A stretch of 64,000 bases of DNA from Mobula birostris (GCF_030028105.1 NC_092371.1:14777884-14841883); one strand, 5' to 3'; counted from the stretch's first letter, positions 1 through 13,625 are shown. Numbers and translations are program-made. The notes: generated by a model not told the origin, from the sequence alone.

Positions 1-1940
1 TACTAGGTAATGAACAGGGTCAGGTCACAGATCTCTCAGTGGGTGAGCATCTGGGGGACGGTGACCACTGCTCCCTGGCCTTTAGCATTTTCATGGAAAA
101 GGATAGAATCAGAGAGGACAGGACAAGTTTTAATTGGGGAAGGGCAAATTATGAGGCTATAAGGCTAGAACTTGCGGTGTGAATTGGGATAATATTTCTG
201 CAGAGAAATATACTATGGACATATGGTCGATGTTTAGAGATCTCTTGCAGGATGTTAGGGATAAATTTGTCCCGGTGAGGAAGATAAAGAACGGTAGGGT
301 GAAGGAACCATGGGTGACAAGTGAGGTGGAAAATCTAGTGAGGTGGAAGAAGGCAGCATGCATGAGGTTCAGGAAGCAAGGATCAGATGGGTCTATTGAG
401 GAATATCGGGAAGCAAGAAGAGAGCTTAAGAAGGGGCTGAGAAGGGCAAGAAGGGGGCATGAGAAGGCCTTGGCGAGTAGGGTAAAGGAAACCCCCAAGG
501 CATTCTTCAATTATGTGAAGAAAAAAGGGATGACAGGAGTGAAGGTAGGACCGATTAGAGATAAAGGTGGGAAGATGTGCCTGGAGGCTGTGGAAGTGAG
601 CGAGGTCCTCAATGAATACTTCTCCTCGGTATTCACCAATGAGAGGGAACTTGATGATGGTGAGGACAATATGAGTGAGGTTCATGTTCTGGAGCATATT
701 GATATTAAGGGAGAGGAGGTGTTGGAGTAGTTAAAATAAATTAGGACGGATAAGTCCCAGGGGCCTGACGGAATATTCCCCAGGCTTTTCCACAAGGCGA
801 GGGAAAAGATTGCTGAGCCTCTGGCTAAGACCTTTATGCCCTCATTGTACAAGGGAATGGTACAGGAGGATTGGAGGGAGACGAATGTTGTCCCCTTGAT
901 CGAAAAAGGTAGTAGGGATAGTCCGGGTAATTATAGACCAGTGAGCCTTACGACAGTGGTGGGAAAGCTTTTGGAAAAGATTCTTAGGGATAGGATCTAT
1001 GGGCATTTAGAGAATCATGGTCTTAGCAGGGACAGTCAACATGGCTTTGTGAAGGGCAAATCGTGTCTAATAACTCTGATAGAGTTCTTTGAGGAGATGA
1101 CCAGGCATATAGATGAGGGTAGTGCAGTGGTCGTGGGCTGAGAAGTGGCAGATTGTGTTCAATCCGCAGAAGTGTGAGGTGGTACACTTTGGAAGGACAA
1201 ACTCCAAGGCAGAGTACACAGTAAATGTAAGGATTCTTGGCAGTGTGGAGGAGCAGAGCGATCTGGGGTACCTGTCCACAGATTCTTGAAAGTTGCCTCA
1301 CAGGTAGATAGGGTAGTTATAAAGCTTATGGAGTGTTAGCTTTCATAAGCCGAGGGATAGAGTTTAAGAGTCGCGATGTAATGATGCAGCTCTATAAAAC
1401 TCTGGTTCGGCCACACTTGGAGTACTGTGCCCAGTTCTGGTCGCCTCACTATAGGAAGGATGTGGAAGCATTGGAAAGGGTACAGAGTAGATTTACCAGG
1501 ATGCTGCCTGGTTTAGAGAGTATGCATTATGATCAGAGATTCAGGGAGCTAGGGCTTTACTCTTTGGAGAGAAGGAGGATGAGAGGAGACATGATAGAGG
1601 TGTACAAAATAATAAGAGGAATAGGTAGAGTGGATAGCCAGCGCCTCTTCCCCAGGGCACCACTGCTCAATACAAGAGGACATGGCTTTAAGGTAAGGGG
1701 TGGGAAGTTCAAGGGGGATATTAGAGGAAGGTTTTTTACTCAGAGAGTGGTTGGTGCGTGGAATGCACTGCCTGACTCAGTGGTGGAGGCAGATACACTG
1801 TGAAGTTTAAGAGACTACTAGACAGGTATATAGAGGAATTTAAGGTGGGGTCTTATATGGGAGGCAGGGTTTGAGGGTCGGCACAACATTGTGGGCCGAA
1901 GGGCCTGTACTGTGCTGTACTATTCTATGTTATATGTAGG
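1..1940 (+). mobile_element. CR1-type LINE, ORF2 (end of endonuclease/RT) with internal deletion and 3' tail
   Basis: ORFs 179-730, 836-1141 and 1333-1803 carry CR1 ORF2 motifs (GNYRPVSLT, SQHGFVKG, LEYCAQFWSP, LERRRMRGD). The RT core is deleted at about 1135. The 3' tail ctattctatgttatatg is at about 1920. Confidence 0.93.
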
Positions 1941-1949
1941 GGTGTCTTA

Positions 1950-3580
1950 CAGCGGACTGGAAAGATAGAGCATATAGACATTAAGAAAAAGGATGTGCTG
2001 GAGCTTTTGCAAAGTATCAAGTTAAATAAGTCACCGGGACTGGACGCGCTATACCCCAGGCATCTATGGTAGGGGAGGGAAGAGATTGCTGATCCTCTTC
2101 CAATGATCTTTGAATCATAAATAGGGTCGGGAGGGGTCCGGAGATTTATAAGGTTGCAGATATTTTTCTTTTATTCGAGAAAGCGGGTACACATAGCCCA
2201 GGAAATTATACACTAGTTAGCCTTGCTTTATTGGTTGGTAAGTTGATGGAAAAGATACTGAGATGCAGGAATTTTGAACATTTGGAGAGGCATAATAAGA
2301 TTGGGAATAGTCAGCATGGTTTTGCCAAAGGCAGGTCGTGACTTACGAGCCTGATTGATTTTTTTTCAAAATGTGACATATTGATGAAGCTAGAGCAATA
2401 GATGTAGTGCATTTAGATTTCAGTAAGGCATTTGATAAGGTACCCTATGCCAGGCTTATTGAAAATGTAAGGACGCATGGGATCCAAGGGAATCTTGCTT
2501 TGTGGATCCAGAATTGGCTTGCCCAGAGAAGGCAATGTCTGCTTGTATATGGGTGACATTACGCATGGAGTTCGGTGACCAACGTTGTGCCTCAGGGTTC
2601 TGTTCTGGGACCCCTTCTCTTCATGGTTTTTATATATGACCTGGATGAGAATGTGCAGGGACGGGTTAGCAAGTTTGCTGATGACACAAAGTTTGGAGCT
2701 GTTGTGGATCGTGTGGAGGGATGTCATTGGTTACAGCGGAACATCAAGAGCATGTATAGCTGGGCTGAGAAGTAGCAGATGGAGCTCAACCCGGATAAGT
2801 GTGAGGTAGTTCATTTTGATAGGTCAAACATGATAACAGAATATAGTATTAATGGGAAGACTCCTGGCAGTCTGCAGGAACAGAGGGATCTTGGGGTCCG
2901 AGTCCATAGGACACTTAAGGCTGCTGCACAGGTTGACTGTGTGGTTCAGAAAGCATACGGTGCATTGGCCTTCATCAAACGTGCGATTTAGTTTAAGAGT
3001 CCTAAGGTAATAATACAGCTTTACGGGACCCTGGTCAGACTCTACTTGGAGTACTGTGCTCAGTTCTGGTCACCTCACTACAGGAAGCATGTGGGAACTT
3101 TAGAAAGAGTGCTGAGGAGATTTACAAGGATGCTGGCTGGACTGCGAACATCCCTATGAGAGTTGTTTGAAGGAACTTGGCCTTTTCTCCTTGGAACGAC
3201 GGAGGATGAGAGGTGACCCGATATAGGTATATCAAATAATGAGAGGCATTGATCATGTGGATCGTTGGAGGCTTGTTTTCGGGGCTGAAATGGCTAAAAC
3301 GGGAGGGTACAGTTTTAAGGTGTTTGGAAGTAGGTACAGAAAAGATGGCTGGGCAATTTTCTCATGCACAGGTTGGTGAGGGTGTGGAATGGGCTGCCAG
3401 CGACGATGGAGAAGGCGGATATGATAGGGTCTTTTAAGAGACTCCTGGATAGGTCATGAAGCTTCGAAAATACAGAGCTATGGGTGAGCCTACGTAATTT
3501 CTCATGTAACTACATGTTCGGCACACAATCATGGGCCGAGGAGCCTGTATGGTGCTGTAGGATTTCTATGTTTCTATGAA
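1950..3580 (+). mobile_element. degraded CR1 LINE ORF2 3' part
   Basis: VPQGSVLGPLLF and FADDTK (2575-2775); many stops and frameshifts; tail ttctatgtttctatg at about 3565. Confidence 0.9.
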
Positions 3581-3999
3581 AAAGATACTGAAATTATTCC
3601 CTGAGAGTGAGTCACAGTAACCACAGATTCGAAACAGGGAACAAAGGAGCTTTGTGCAAGAGGTTGTTGTGATCACGAAGTAAAGACCAAACGATCTAGA
3701 AGATCTGCAATGAGTAGTGTGTTGAACAAAACAACACAGGAACATGCCCTTCGGCCCACAATGTGTTCGCCGAACACAGTGACAAAATAAACTTATTCTC
3801 GTCTGTCATATTCATGCATTTGTCGAACAGACTCTATATATGGTTCTGTATATTCTGGGAAGTACGCAAAATGCTGGAAGAAGTCAGCAGACCAGGCAGC
3901 ATCTGTGGAAAGGAATAATTACAGATTAACTGATTACCCCCCTCCATAGATGCGGCCTGACCTTCTGAGTTCTCCAGCATTTTTGTTTGTTATTCCTAA

Positions 4000-4460
4000 A
4001 CGCCACTATCGTAAACACATCCAAAATCTCCCCCAACAGCCTGTTCAAGGTACCCATCAATTCATGTGTAAAAATACCTGCTCTATATATCTCATTTAAC
4101 CTTGCTGCTTCTCATCTGAAATCCTCTAGCATTAGACATTTTCATCCTGCGTTGCATCAATGCTCGGACACTCACTATCTTTCAAGTTTTTAGCGGATCG
4201 TCTCTCACCCTCTGACTCTCCTGAGAAAACAAATATAATATTCATCCTCTCCATATGGCTCATGCAATCTAATCCAGGCAGAATCCTGGTAAATTTTCTC
4301 TGCACCCTTTCCAAAGTCCCCGCAGCCTGCCTGCAATGGGGCGCCCAGAACTGCACACAATACATTAGGTAGCTTAAACAAATTTCAATACAGCTGCAAC
4401 ATGTCACCCCAACTCATATGCTTAATGCTCCGTCCAATAAAGGCACGAATTACATGTGTA
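4000..4460 (-). mobile_element. CR1 LINE 3' fragment
   Basis: ORF 4132-4407 YCVQFWAP...LERVQRKFTRILPG. Confidence 0.75.
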
Positions 4461-5479
4461 TTATTTTTCACCTTATCTACATGGTAGCTACATTCGCTTT
4501 TCGGACCATAAGAAACGGGAGTTGAATTATGGACTTCGATCCCAGGAACCCTCTGTAGTTTCAGGAATTAGGTGTCCTGACATTAGCGATATAGTTTGCC
4601 CCTTATATTTGACCACTTCCGTACCTGCAGTGTAAAACCTCACATGTTTACGCGGAATAAATCAATCCCCAGCAGAAAAGATTCTGCCGATGCTGGAAAC
4701 ACACACATAAAATGATGGAGGAATTCATCAGGCACACACAGACTGCTGGAGGAACACAGTAAGCCAGGCAGGATCGATAGAAAAGAGTACAGTGCACGTT
4801 TCGAGCTGAGATCCTTCAGCAGAGTCCTGCATATGTGTTTATGTGTGCATATGACGAGCTTTTCGACCAAAATAATAGACCCAAATAGTGCAACCGTACA
4901 CTCAATATAATCGGTTCATTATTGTACCGATGAACAGTGAAATGTTATGTTTTTGTTTGCGTCTCATCTATACAGCGCATTTTCTCACATCAGTACAACT
5001 TGATCGCTGGCTACTCCCACCATAGCTTCCTCCTCCCTCTACCCTCATCAACACTTCACACCTTCCTCTTAATCTGCGTACCCAACTTATGTTTAACTTC
5101 AATAGCTATGTAACTGTCCAGAAGGAATCCCGAGAGGAAGGGAGCCGCGGTGCCCACTGTGCCGTCTTCAGGCAAAAAGTTAAACTGACGACCGTCTATC
5201 CATTGCCACTACACTGAAAACAAGAAAAAAATGATCCATTAGGAGCAGTCAGCATTACATAGCCGATTTGTGGGAGTTCTCTGTGTACATGTTGGTCGGT
5301 GCCTTCTCAACGTTGCAATCTTGATTACAAAAACACTCCGTTGTGTTTGGAAAGGCGTGCAGGAGGCGTGCAAAATGATGGAAGTGTGAGATTGTCATTG
5401 ATAAAACTCGTTGGGAAGGGAGTTCGTAAGCTACATTCAAATGACCTTGCCTGACTTTCCTTTCTCATTGATTCGCTTT

Positions 5480-6180
5480 TCACACCATAAGAAAATGGAG
5501 CTGAATTAGGCCACTCGGCCCAGAAACTCTTACGCCATTCCATCGTGGCTGATTTATTTTATCTCTCAAACCCATTCTCCTGCCTTCATACCATAACCTT
5601 TACAATCCTTCCGAGTCAACAACCTAAAAATCTTCTCTTTAACTATACCCAATGACTCGGTCTCTAGAGTCTCCTGCGGCAATGGATTCCAAAGATTCAC
5701 CACCCTCTGGCTAAAGAAATTCCGCCTCATTTCTGCTATAAAGGAACATCTCTCTTTTCTCAGGCTGTAGCCTCTGGTCATAAACTACCCCATTCTTGGA
5801 AACACCCTCTCTATTTAGGCATTACAATATTCGGCAGGTTTCAATGAGACATCCCCCCCCCCCATCATTTTTCTTTACTCCAGTGAGAATACAAGCCGAT
5901 ATCTATCGAAGCACATCATATGCTAACTCATTCATTCGGGGAATCATTCTCGTAAACTTCCTCCAGACCATCTCTACTGCGAGCACTTTCTATCATTGAC
6001 ATGGGTTCTCGAATCTTCTCACAGTATTCCAAGTGATGTTTCACTAATGCGCTACAAAACCTCAGTATTGCATCGTTGCTTTTATATTTTAATTGATGGC
6101 CCTTCGCTTCGGCGTCCGCTGCCCCTCGCCCGGTTCCAACATAACTATGGCAACCTGGAAACATCTGCCCATTCACCCTA
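5480..6180 (-). mobile_element. CR1 LINE 3' fragment
   Basis: ORF 5566-5781 RRNFFSQRVVNLWN; ORF 5928-6176 LVKHHLEYC. Confidence 0.75.
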
Positions 6181-7717
6181 TCTAAAACGTTAAACTTTCA
6201 AATTAACCTCGACGAGGTCGCCGGCCCCACAACTCACTCACTTTACTACTCTGTACAAAGGTTTCCCGGTATCACTAGGCTTTGCTGATAAACCTGAACA
6301 GACCTCTGCCCACAGTATCACACCCTAGGTTGAGCACTGTAAGTGTGATCTCAGCAACGCTAGTAGACGTGTATTTTTATTTGTTTGCAAACCGCGTGCT
6401 ATCTGCAGGTACTTGGCCCCGAGTAAACAGGAAGCCCGCAGCGCGCCTCTGATTGTTTCCAATATAAGCGAACATTAAATAGTACGCATTGCATTTGTTT
6501 TTCATCATTGCAAAAGATTTCACCCCTCCCTTGCATGGACCTTACAAAGCGATGAACACGCACCTGCGGTTAAACCGTAGAATTTAACTTGGTCAAGAAA
6601 AATGAGATGCTTCGCGGTCTTTGAGCTCTCCTACCTACTGCAAGATTAGCTACCAGTAGGTCGTGCGGAAAAGAGTTTGGGCAGCGAATTCAGAAGACAT
6701 TCAGGAGAAATTTGGTGGAAAAAAGAGGAGTTTCTAATACCAGCGGTCATACATTTTAAGGAGAAAGGGGGTGATTTCAAAGGAGATGTGAGGGGCTGGG
6801 ATTTTACACAGATAGTGGTGGGAGCCTGGAATGTGCTGGGGTGGTGGTAGATGTAGACACATTTGGAACTTTTAAGACACATTTAGATGGGTGCGTGGAC
6901 GTGAGGAAAATGGATATTATGTCTGTAGAAGAGATTAGATAAGCAGTTGATTATTAACGTAATCAGTGCGGCACAGCATTGTGTGCTGAAAGGCCTGTTA
7001 CTGTGCTGTATTTTTCTATGTTCTATGCTCCATGTTTTGTTTAACTACCGATGGTCAATAATCCAAGAAGGTAGAATGAGGAAGGTAGATTACTCGAGAG
7101 GCAAGGTGCGATCAGTTTATTCTTACCTTACCAGGGATTGCAATAACTGGAGGGATTTCCAAAGGTGCATTAAGAAATGAATTTGGATAGAACTATGGGA
7201 TTGGGTAGCGAGTAGTGCAACTAATTGTTCAGAGTGAGCCCACTACTCTTTCTGTGTTCCGAAGAGCTAATTTGTAAAAAAAATGGTTGAAGTCTCGTCA
7301 TGTTATCGGTGAATGGACCTGATGCCAGTTCTCCCGAAATAATATCAAACAACTGTGGCATGACGGCAGGGCCGACCGCTGGGAACAGGGGAGGGGTTCG
7401 CATTTAATACAAAATGCTAAGTTATCTTGTTCTTTAGCACATGAAAATGCCCCCCGAATGAGGGAGAGACAGATTCAATTGTTGGCCAGACCATAGTAGA
7501 AGACCCAAGCGCACACTGTTTCAAGATTAATCATACTTATGGGATCAGGTTAAATTTTATTAAGTAGGGGCTGGTAACACACCGGCGGAAAAGTGTAGCG
7601 CACTATTTCAACTGCGAGGTATCCAGTAATCACTCGGATTTTTTCTTTAATAATGTCGGGCCACTAGGATGGTAATCTGTGATGAAATCCTTCCGTCCTC
7701 ATTCTGCGTGTCTCATG

Positions 7718-8029
7718 CCGTCTTGTTCCAATTCCCGCTAATTCAGACCGTCCGTGTCGGTAGCCGGGCCATTCTGAATTATAGTCGGTATCTCGGTGTG
7801 TTTAATTTAGTCAACTGGTATAAACAGGGCGATCAAAGGCATCTGCCGTTCCTTTACAGGGTGGGCAGATTCGTGAATGTGGTGAGGAGGTTCTCGGAGC
7901 AGTTGGATGCAAAATCGGTCAGGTACTCCATGGTGATTGAAAACGTCAAGCGAAATGATTCCGGGATCTACTACTGCGCACAGCATCTCCGCAGAGATTT
8001 CGGCAATGGATCCAAACTAATGGTCACAG
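7718..8029 (+). pseudogene. gene A: germline-joined VJ Ig-domain exon, probably defective
   Basis: AVLFQFPLIQTVRVGSRAILNYSR...VNWYKQ...YSMVIENVKRNDSGIYYCAQHLRRDFGNGSKLMVT followed by a phase-1 donor ACAG|gtaccc at 8029/8030. The first canonical Cys is Tyr (TAT, 7780-7782). No AG acceptor at the expected position (gtgtctcatg|cc). Confidence 0.85.
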
Positions 8030-8180
8030 GTACCCTGTGGAAACAAGTAGATCCATTTTACCAGATGCTGGGATCCTTCTTCTTCTTAAACCCATCATCG
8101 CTACTGGGGCAGAAGCGCCGAAATCAGCTCGCCAGACTGCAGGCTCGCCAGGACCTCTTTCAAAATGTTCCCTTGTGCAG

Positions 8181-8308
8181 CCCCAAGGTTTGGTGGAGCT
8201 GTACCACTGGATATTTACGGGATGCGGTTGCTAGCCAGGCTCATCATTGCTTCTTGGGCATCCAGGATCCGGACTGTAACATGGCGGAGTTTGCTGGGAC
8301 CCAGATGA
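8181..8308 (+). other. candidate stalk/TM-like exon of gene A (Arg-containing)
   Basis: Acceptor ttcccttgtgcag|; phase-1 reading APRFGGAVPLDIYGMRLLARLIIASWASRIRTVTWRSLLGPR*. It has too many Arg residues for a clean TM, so this is uncertain. Confidence 0.3.
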
Positions 8309-9069
8309 GTTGTAGAAAGTGTATAAAGTAAGTTCATAAATGAGCCTGGAATTTCTGGTGCGGTTTGTAGTGAGCAGGTTAGTTTTCAGCTGCAGAGCTG
8401 TACTTAAGAGTATAATTTAATTTAATTTAGAGGTTCATGCTCTTCCGGTGGAACGAGTCCCCGCAGTCCAATTAGCAATTAAGTTATACGTCCTTAGAAT
8501 GTAGGAGGAAACCGAAGCACTCGGCGGAAATCCATGCGTTCACGTACAAACACCTTAAAGGAAACGACGGGGATCGAACCCCGAATCTCACAGCTGGCTC
8601 CGTAAAGCGTTCGGTACGTTAAAGTGAGTGCCGCCCTACAATGGTTTCGGAACAATGGAGGATGAAGGTTCACGCTAAGAAATTTAAGGCGACGTGTTTT
8701 GGAAGCTTAGGAACAGACATAATGAAAGGCACTAGAAAGAAACATGGAGAAAAGGTGGTGAAGCAAACATTCCAACTACTGGTCTTCGGATTCTGTGGTT
8801 TAGAATCGAAGAGCAAGGAAGTACCTACAGTATATTCAAACTATGCAACACATCAACAAGGCCGAAATTAGAGTAGAATGGTGGGCAGATTCTGGACGTT
8901 AAACTACAGCAAAGGCGCGATTGCGTTGGAGAGGATGTAAAGGGAATTCAGTAAGTTTGCCTCCTCGATGTTCTCGAATATTTACTGCCTCATCATAAAA
9001 GACTCAGTACGGATGTTTAAGACGAGGTCAGGAGAGGATTTTAAAGAAGTGTGTAGGTTACCGATGAGG

Positions 9070-9730
9070 GAAGGAATACCACTCAAAGCTGCCACGCAGG
9101 TGACTCTGTAGTTAAGAAGCCATACGGTGCATTGGCCTTCATCAATCGCGGAACTGAGTTTAAGAGGCCAGAGGTAATGTTGCAGCTATATAGGACCCTA
9201 GTCAGACGCCACTATGCTCAATTCAGATGGCTTCACTATAGGAAAGACGTGGAATAATTGAAAGGGTGCAGAGGAGATCTACAAGGATGTTGCCTGGATA
9301 GGGGAGCATGCCTTATGACAATAGGTTAAGTGAATCCGGCCTTTTCTCCTTGGAGCGTCAGAGGATGAGAGGTGACTTGATAGAGGTGTACAAGATAATG
9401 AGATGCATTGATCATGTGGATTGCCTGAGGCTTTTCTCCAGGGCTGAAATGGCTAGAACAAGAGATGCTTGGAAGTAGGTACAGAGGAGATGTCAGGAGT
9501 AAGTATTTTTACGCAGAGAGTGGTGAGTGCATGGAAAGGGCTGTCGGCGGCGTTGGTGGAGGTGGAAACGATAGGGTCTTTTAAGAGACTCCTGGATGGC
9601 TACATGGAGCTTAGAAAAATTGAGGGCCTGAGTAAAGCGGTAGTTCTAAAGTAGGGACATGTTCAGCAGAGCTTTGTGGGCCGAAGGGCCTGTATTGTGC
9701 TGTACGTTTTCTATGATTCTATGTTTCTAT
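9070..9730 (+). mobile_element. CR1 LINE 3' fragment
   Basis: ORF 9469-9654 IFTQRVVSAW; ttctatg tail at about 9715-9735. Confidence 0.8.
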
Positions 9731-11023
9731 ATATCTATGTTGCAGTGATCCACCAAGGTTGATTATTTTCCATCTCAAACTTATTCTCCTGCTTTCGCCT
9801 CGTAACCTTTGATGCCCTTATTAATTGAGAACCTATCAATCTCCGTTTCCGTAGCAACCAGCTGTTGAATAATAGTCGGCGGGGGAGCGGTTTTGGAATA
9901 GAGATTACACCTCCATGTATTTCAAGTGGTTATGGAAAATAAAAGTTCGCATGAATCAGAAATAAGCATTTTGAACTGGGTGCATAGAAGGAAACATACC
10001 AAAAGCTCAGCGCCAACATTTTTCTGTAAGGGTAAAAGGAAGAGATCATAATCACAGGGAACTATGGATGTCACAGATGACTGACGATTGGATAAAGAAA
10101 AAAAATGTAACATGAAGCATGTATAGAGGGTTCAAAACGAGAGAAGCCCTTCACGGCATGAAAAGCGCATTGAAGTGTTTAAAAGGCAGATTAAGAAAGA
10201 GTCACAGATTCTCAATTGCAAGCAGATAAAGGTTCATTCGAACGTGTCTTAAAAATATATAAAGGACGAAAGGTTTTTCAAAGAAATAACAGGATCCATT
10301 AGGAGCAACGATGGCAGTCTGTCGATGGTCAGTTGGTATGGTATTGAACAATTCTATATATCCATTTCATCAGTAACTTGTAGATGGAGGCTTTAGTGAA
10401 TGGAAATGTTAATTTTGGTGTAAATCTTAACAAATTAAGTGCAAGTGTTCGATGCCCTAGCGGCAGTAAATCTGTAACATAATCGTATTTAACCCAGGCT
10501 TCGGTGGCAAGCAAACTGTGAGATTAGCTGGGGCTTTAAATGAGGTATTGTAAGTACTCGGTGGACACACGTGAGGTTTCCAGAAGAAAGCAATTGGAGT
10601 ATCAAGGAAAAGACTAGCAATTACGTCCTATAAATCGAACATCAACAGTAGGGATCTTAAAAGACTAAACCCTGAGGGAAAGGATTAATGGTCGCTTGGA
10701 GTGACAAAGTCTAATCAAAGATAGCCAAGCTGGCTGTGTCAATAGTTGATCATGCTGAACAATCTGACTGAAATTTTTGAAGAGGAATCAAAATCACAAT
10801 GGTCTGGCAACAAGGGGCAAGGGAGGGTTGGATGCCTGTCACTAGCGGTGTTTACCAAGAATAGGAGATGGTACCTGTGTTATTTGCAAAATTCTCGAAT
10901 AGTTTAGATTTTGAGCTAAGAAGCAAGGTCAGTAAATTTGTGGGGAAGACAAAGAAGGACGAAATGGTGAAAAGGTAGTCTTTGTCCAAGGAGTGATACC
11001 GATCTCATTTTCTTCCCTTACAG

Positions 11024-11365
11024 ATCTACGGCCGGATGGCGATTGATTATAACTCATCTGTAGAGGCAGAGTGTAGATTATCCTCCGGGAACAAAGAAAG
11101 ATTTAAATTTTTGTTCGGATAGGTGGTGCAAAAAGAGCAACGGTGTAATAAGATGAAATGTTTTTCATGAGTCATGTTAGTAACGACACAAGCTGAGGAA
11201 CTATACAGTGCTGGATTACCAACCGGGTCCGACGACACGAAAAGTTGCACACTCGAAAACCCGCGCGTTGGAGGTCCCGCTGATTCACGGCGTCATCGAT
11301 CGGCCGCATGCACACGTCATATACTCGCAGTACATCTGAAGGGTACAGATCACTCCATCCAAAGC
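11024..11365 (+). pseudogene. highly decayed V(J) Ig-domain exon relic
   Basis: Strong acceptor ctcattttcttcccttacag| at 11023. Motifs in order: SSVEAEC (Cys 11072), W-C-KK (TGG 11124, after a frameshift), TGSDDTKSCTL, ADS (11282), LKGT (about 11340). Spacing matches a V domain. Confidence 0.4.
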
Positions 11366-12329
11366 CTCGCTCAGAGCTTCCTCAGTCACAGACCTCTCGG
11401 TAGTGAGTAAGACTAATGATTCATCTTCAGTCCCCTCCTTGACTGAGTACAGCTTTCTGTGATTAAAATTGACCCTTTTTCTAACTGCTGCTTCAATAAA
11501 TTATAATTTCGCGTAAAAGTAGAATTAGTTCTTTGTCGCCCAGGAGCAGAAATGGCGTCGAACTGATTGTACCTAATTGCTCAAAGGATGGTTGCACATT
11601 CACCACTGGAACCAGGGATCCAGAATTCTCACTCCAGATCAGGAGACGCTTTCACTGAAAATACAGACGCAGATTCCCACTGCCGAAAGGGCAGGAGTAA
11701 CAGAATGTGAAGGGGCAGAATTGAGTGAGGTTGGGTTGGGCTTTGAAACATATTATGGAATTAATTGGTTTCTGGCTGAGCCGAGCCGGATGCAACTGAA
11801 AAAATTTCTATCAATAGAAATTAAGTCAGCACTTATGAAGGAGTGAATCAGCCCCAAATGCAGGGTGAAAGAGAGGTCCATCGATAGTGACCGATTCTCC
11901 TGGTACCTGGAGTTACCTCAACCGAGCCGGAGTTTGGGGATCCGTACGCAGGCGGAGAATCAGCTGACCGAGAATCTTTCCTTCTCCTTCGACTGCCGAG
12001 GCCTGAGTTTCGGGCGTTGCCGGACTGGTTCTGTTACCCGACTGGTGATCCAGACTACAGAGTCGGAGGGGTGGGCCCTAATTCGATCCGGACTTTAATG
12101 CAGTTCCCTGCTCAATCCCTCACTCACACAAACGGCTGACTCTTCTGCCTTACTTACCTTCAGTCCTCTGGCTCACTTAAAGCAATTTCAGTAAACCCAC
12201 TCTACTGACGGGCAAATAGGGGCTAAACATTGTCAATGACACCCACAACCTAAAGAGCTGAACCAAAGTCAAAGAGCTGATTATCTAATTCAGGAAGCGG
12301 AATTTGAAGGTCCGTGAGCCAATCTACAT

Positions 12330-12810
12330 TAGGTGATCAGCGGCGTAGAGGGTCAGCAACTTTAAATTCTTTGATGTTCGCATTTCAGCCAATCTGTTCT
12401 GTGTCCAGCAAGTAGGTGACATAGGGAAAGCACAGCAGCGCCTCCACTTTCTTGGAAGTTTGCGAAGATTCAGCAGTCATCCAACTCTTTGAAAATCTTC
12501 AGCAGATGCACAGTGCAGGGTGTCCTGTGTGGTTGCATCACGGGCTAGTATGGCGACGCCATTGACATAAAATAGACGTGCCTGAAAAATGCCTCTCCCC
12601 ACCATTGAGCACATCTATACCAGCGAAGTCGGAGGAAATAAACATCCATCATCAAAGGTCCACGGTATGTAGGCCATGCTCCTTACTCGCTGCTGCCTTC
12701 AGGAAGGAGGTACCGGAGCCTCAGGAGCCATAACAGATTCGAGAACAGGCATTACCCCTCAAACATCAGGCTCTTGAAGCAGAGGACACAACTTCACGCA
12801 ACTGCACTCT
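12330..12810 (+). mobile_element. Rex1/Babar-like LINE 3' fragment
   Basis: Typical 3' RT text (cacagcagcgcctccacttt, ctgctgccttcaggaaggaggtac). Confidence 0.6.
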
Positions 12811-12885
12811 TCCCAACAATGAACTATTGCCACAACCTAGGTATTCCCTTTCAATGACTTTTCATCTAATTTTCTCGATATGTAT

Positions 12886-13517
12886 TGTAATGCCATGGTT
12901 AATATTTTTATAGTTATGCTGTATGTATTTAATTTAGCAGTTCAGCTGCTTGTTTTCAGTTTATGTTTGGGTTATTGTTGGCGATAAGAGGTGAGGTGAA
13001 ATGTGTGCATTCCAGTTAGGATAATCGAATTGAAGGGGAGTTTTCTCTGGTGAGGGACACTAAGGTTGGATTTGGGGTTTGTTTTTTGTTCGAGAGGAGA
13101 TGGAGTAAAAAGACGCTGTGTGAACCGGTCGTAGCAAATGGTCCTGTGGGTGATCCGTTTGTTCGAGATGCATTGCGAGCGACTTTCGGAAATTGGTGTG
13201 TGTTTTCATGTTGATTGAGGGCCCAGTGCGTGAGTGACGGAGAAGTTCAAGATGAGCTCCAACTTGAGCACATTTGACTGTTTAATTAGAATGTACCCTT
13301 TTCTTTTTGTTATTATTTTCTAACCCTTTAATTAAGATTCATTAATATTATTCCTTTAATTCGATACAGTGTACTTTCTGCTATTTTGCGGCATTAATTT
13401 GTAACAGGGTAGCTAACCACACAGCATCCACACAAACCGGGATTTGGTGTGTGATTGGCGGACCTGGAGGTTGTCTTCCCTAGACTTACACAGCCAAGGA
13501 AACCAGGGCATTTTATA
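12886..13517. mobile_element. probable solo LTR
   Basis: Starts TGTAA, ends ...ccagggcattttata, internal attaat/aataag-like signals; no TSD recognised. Confidence 0.4.
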
Positions 13518-13625
13518 ATAATAATAATAATAATAATGATGACGATGATGATGATAAAACATAATAAATATTATCATCATTATTATTGTTGTTTTTGTTA
13601 TCATTATTATTAATAATAATAATAT
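13515..13625. repeat. (AAT)n/(GAT)n/(ATT)n microsatellite
   Basis: Direct reading. Confidence 0.9.

Noticed and set aside
6602-6660. Possible leader exon for gene A (MRCFAVFELSYLLQD*)
   Set aside because: In-frame TAG at 6647 and weak hydrophobicity; cannot be tied to gene A
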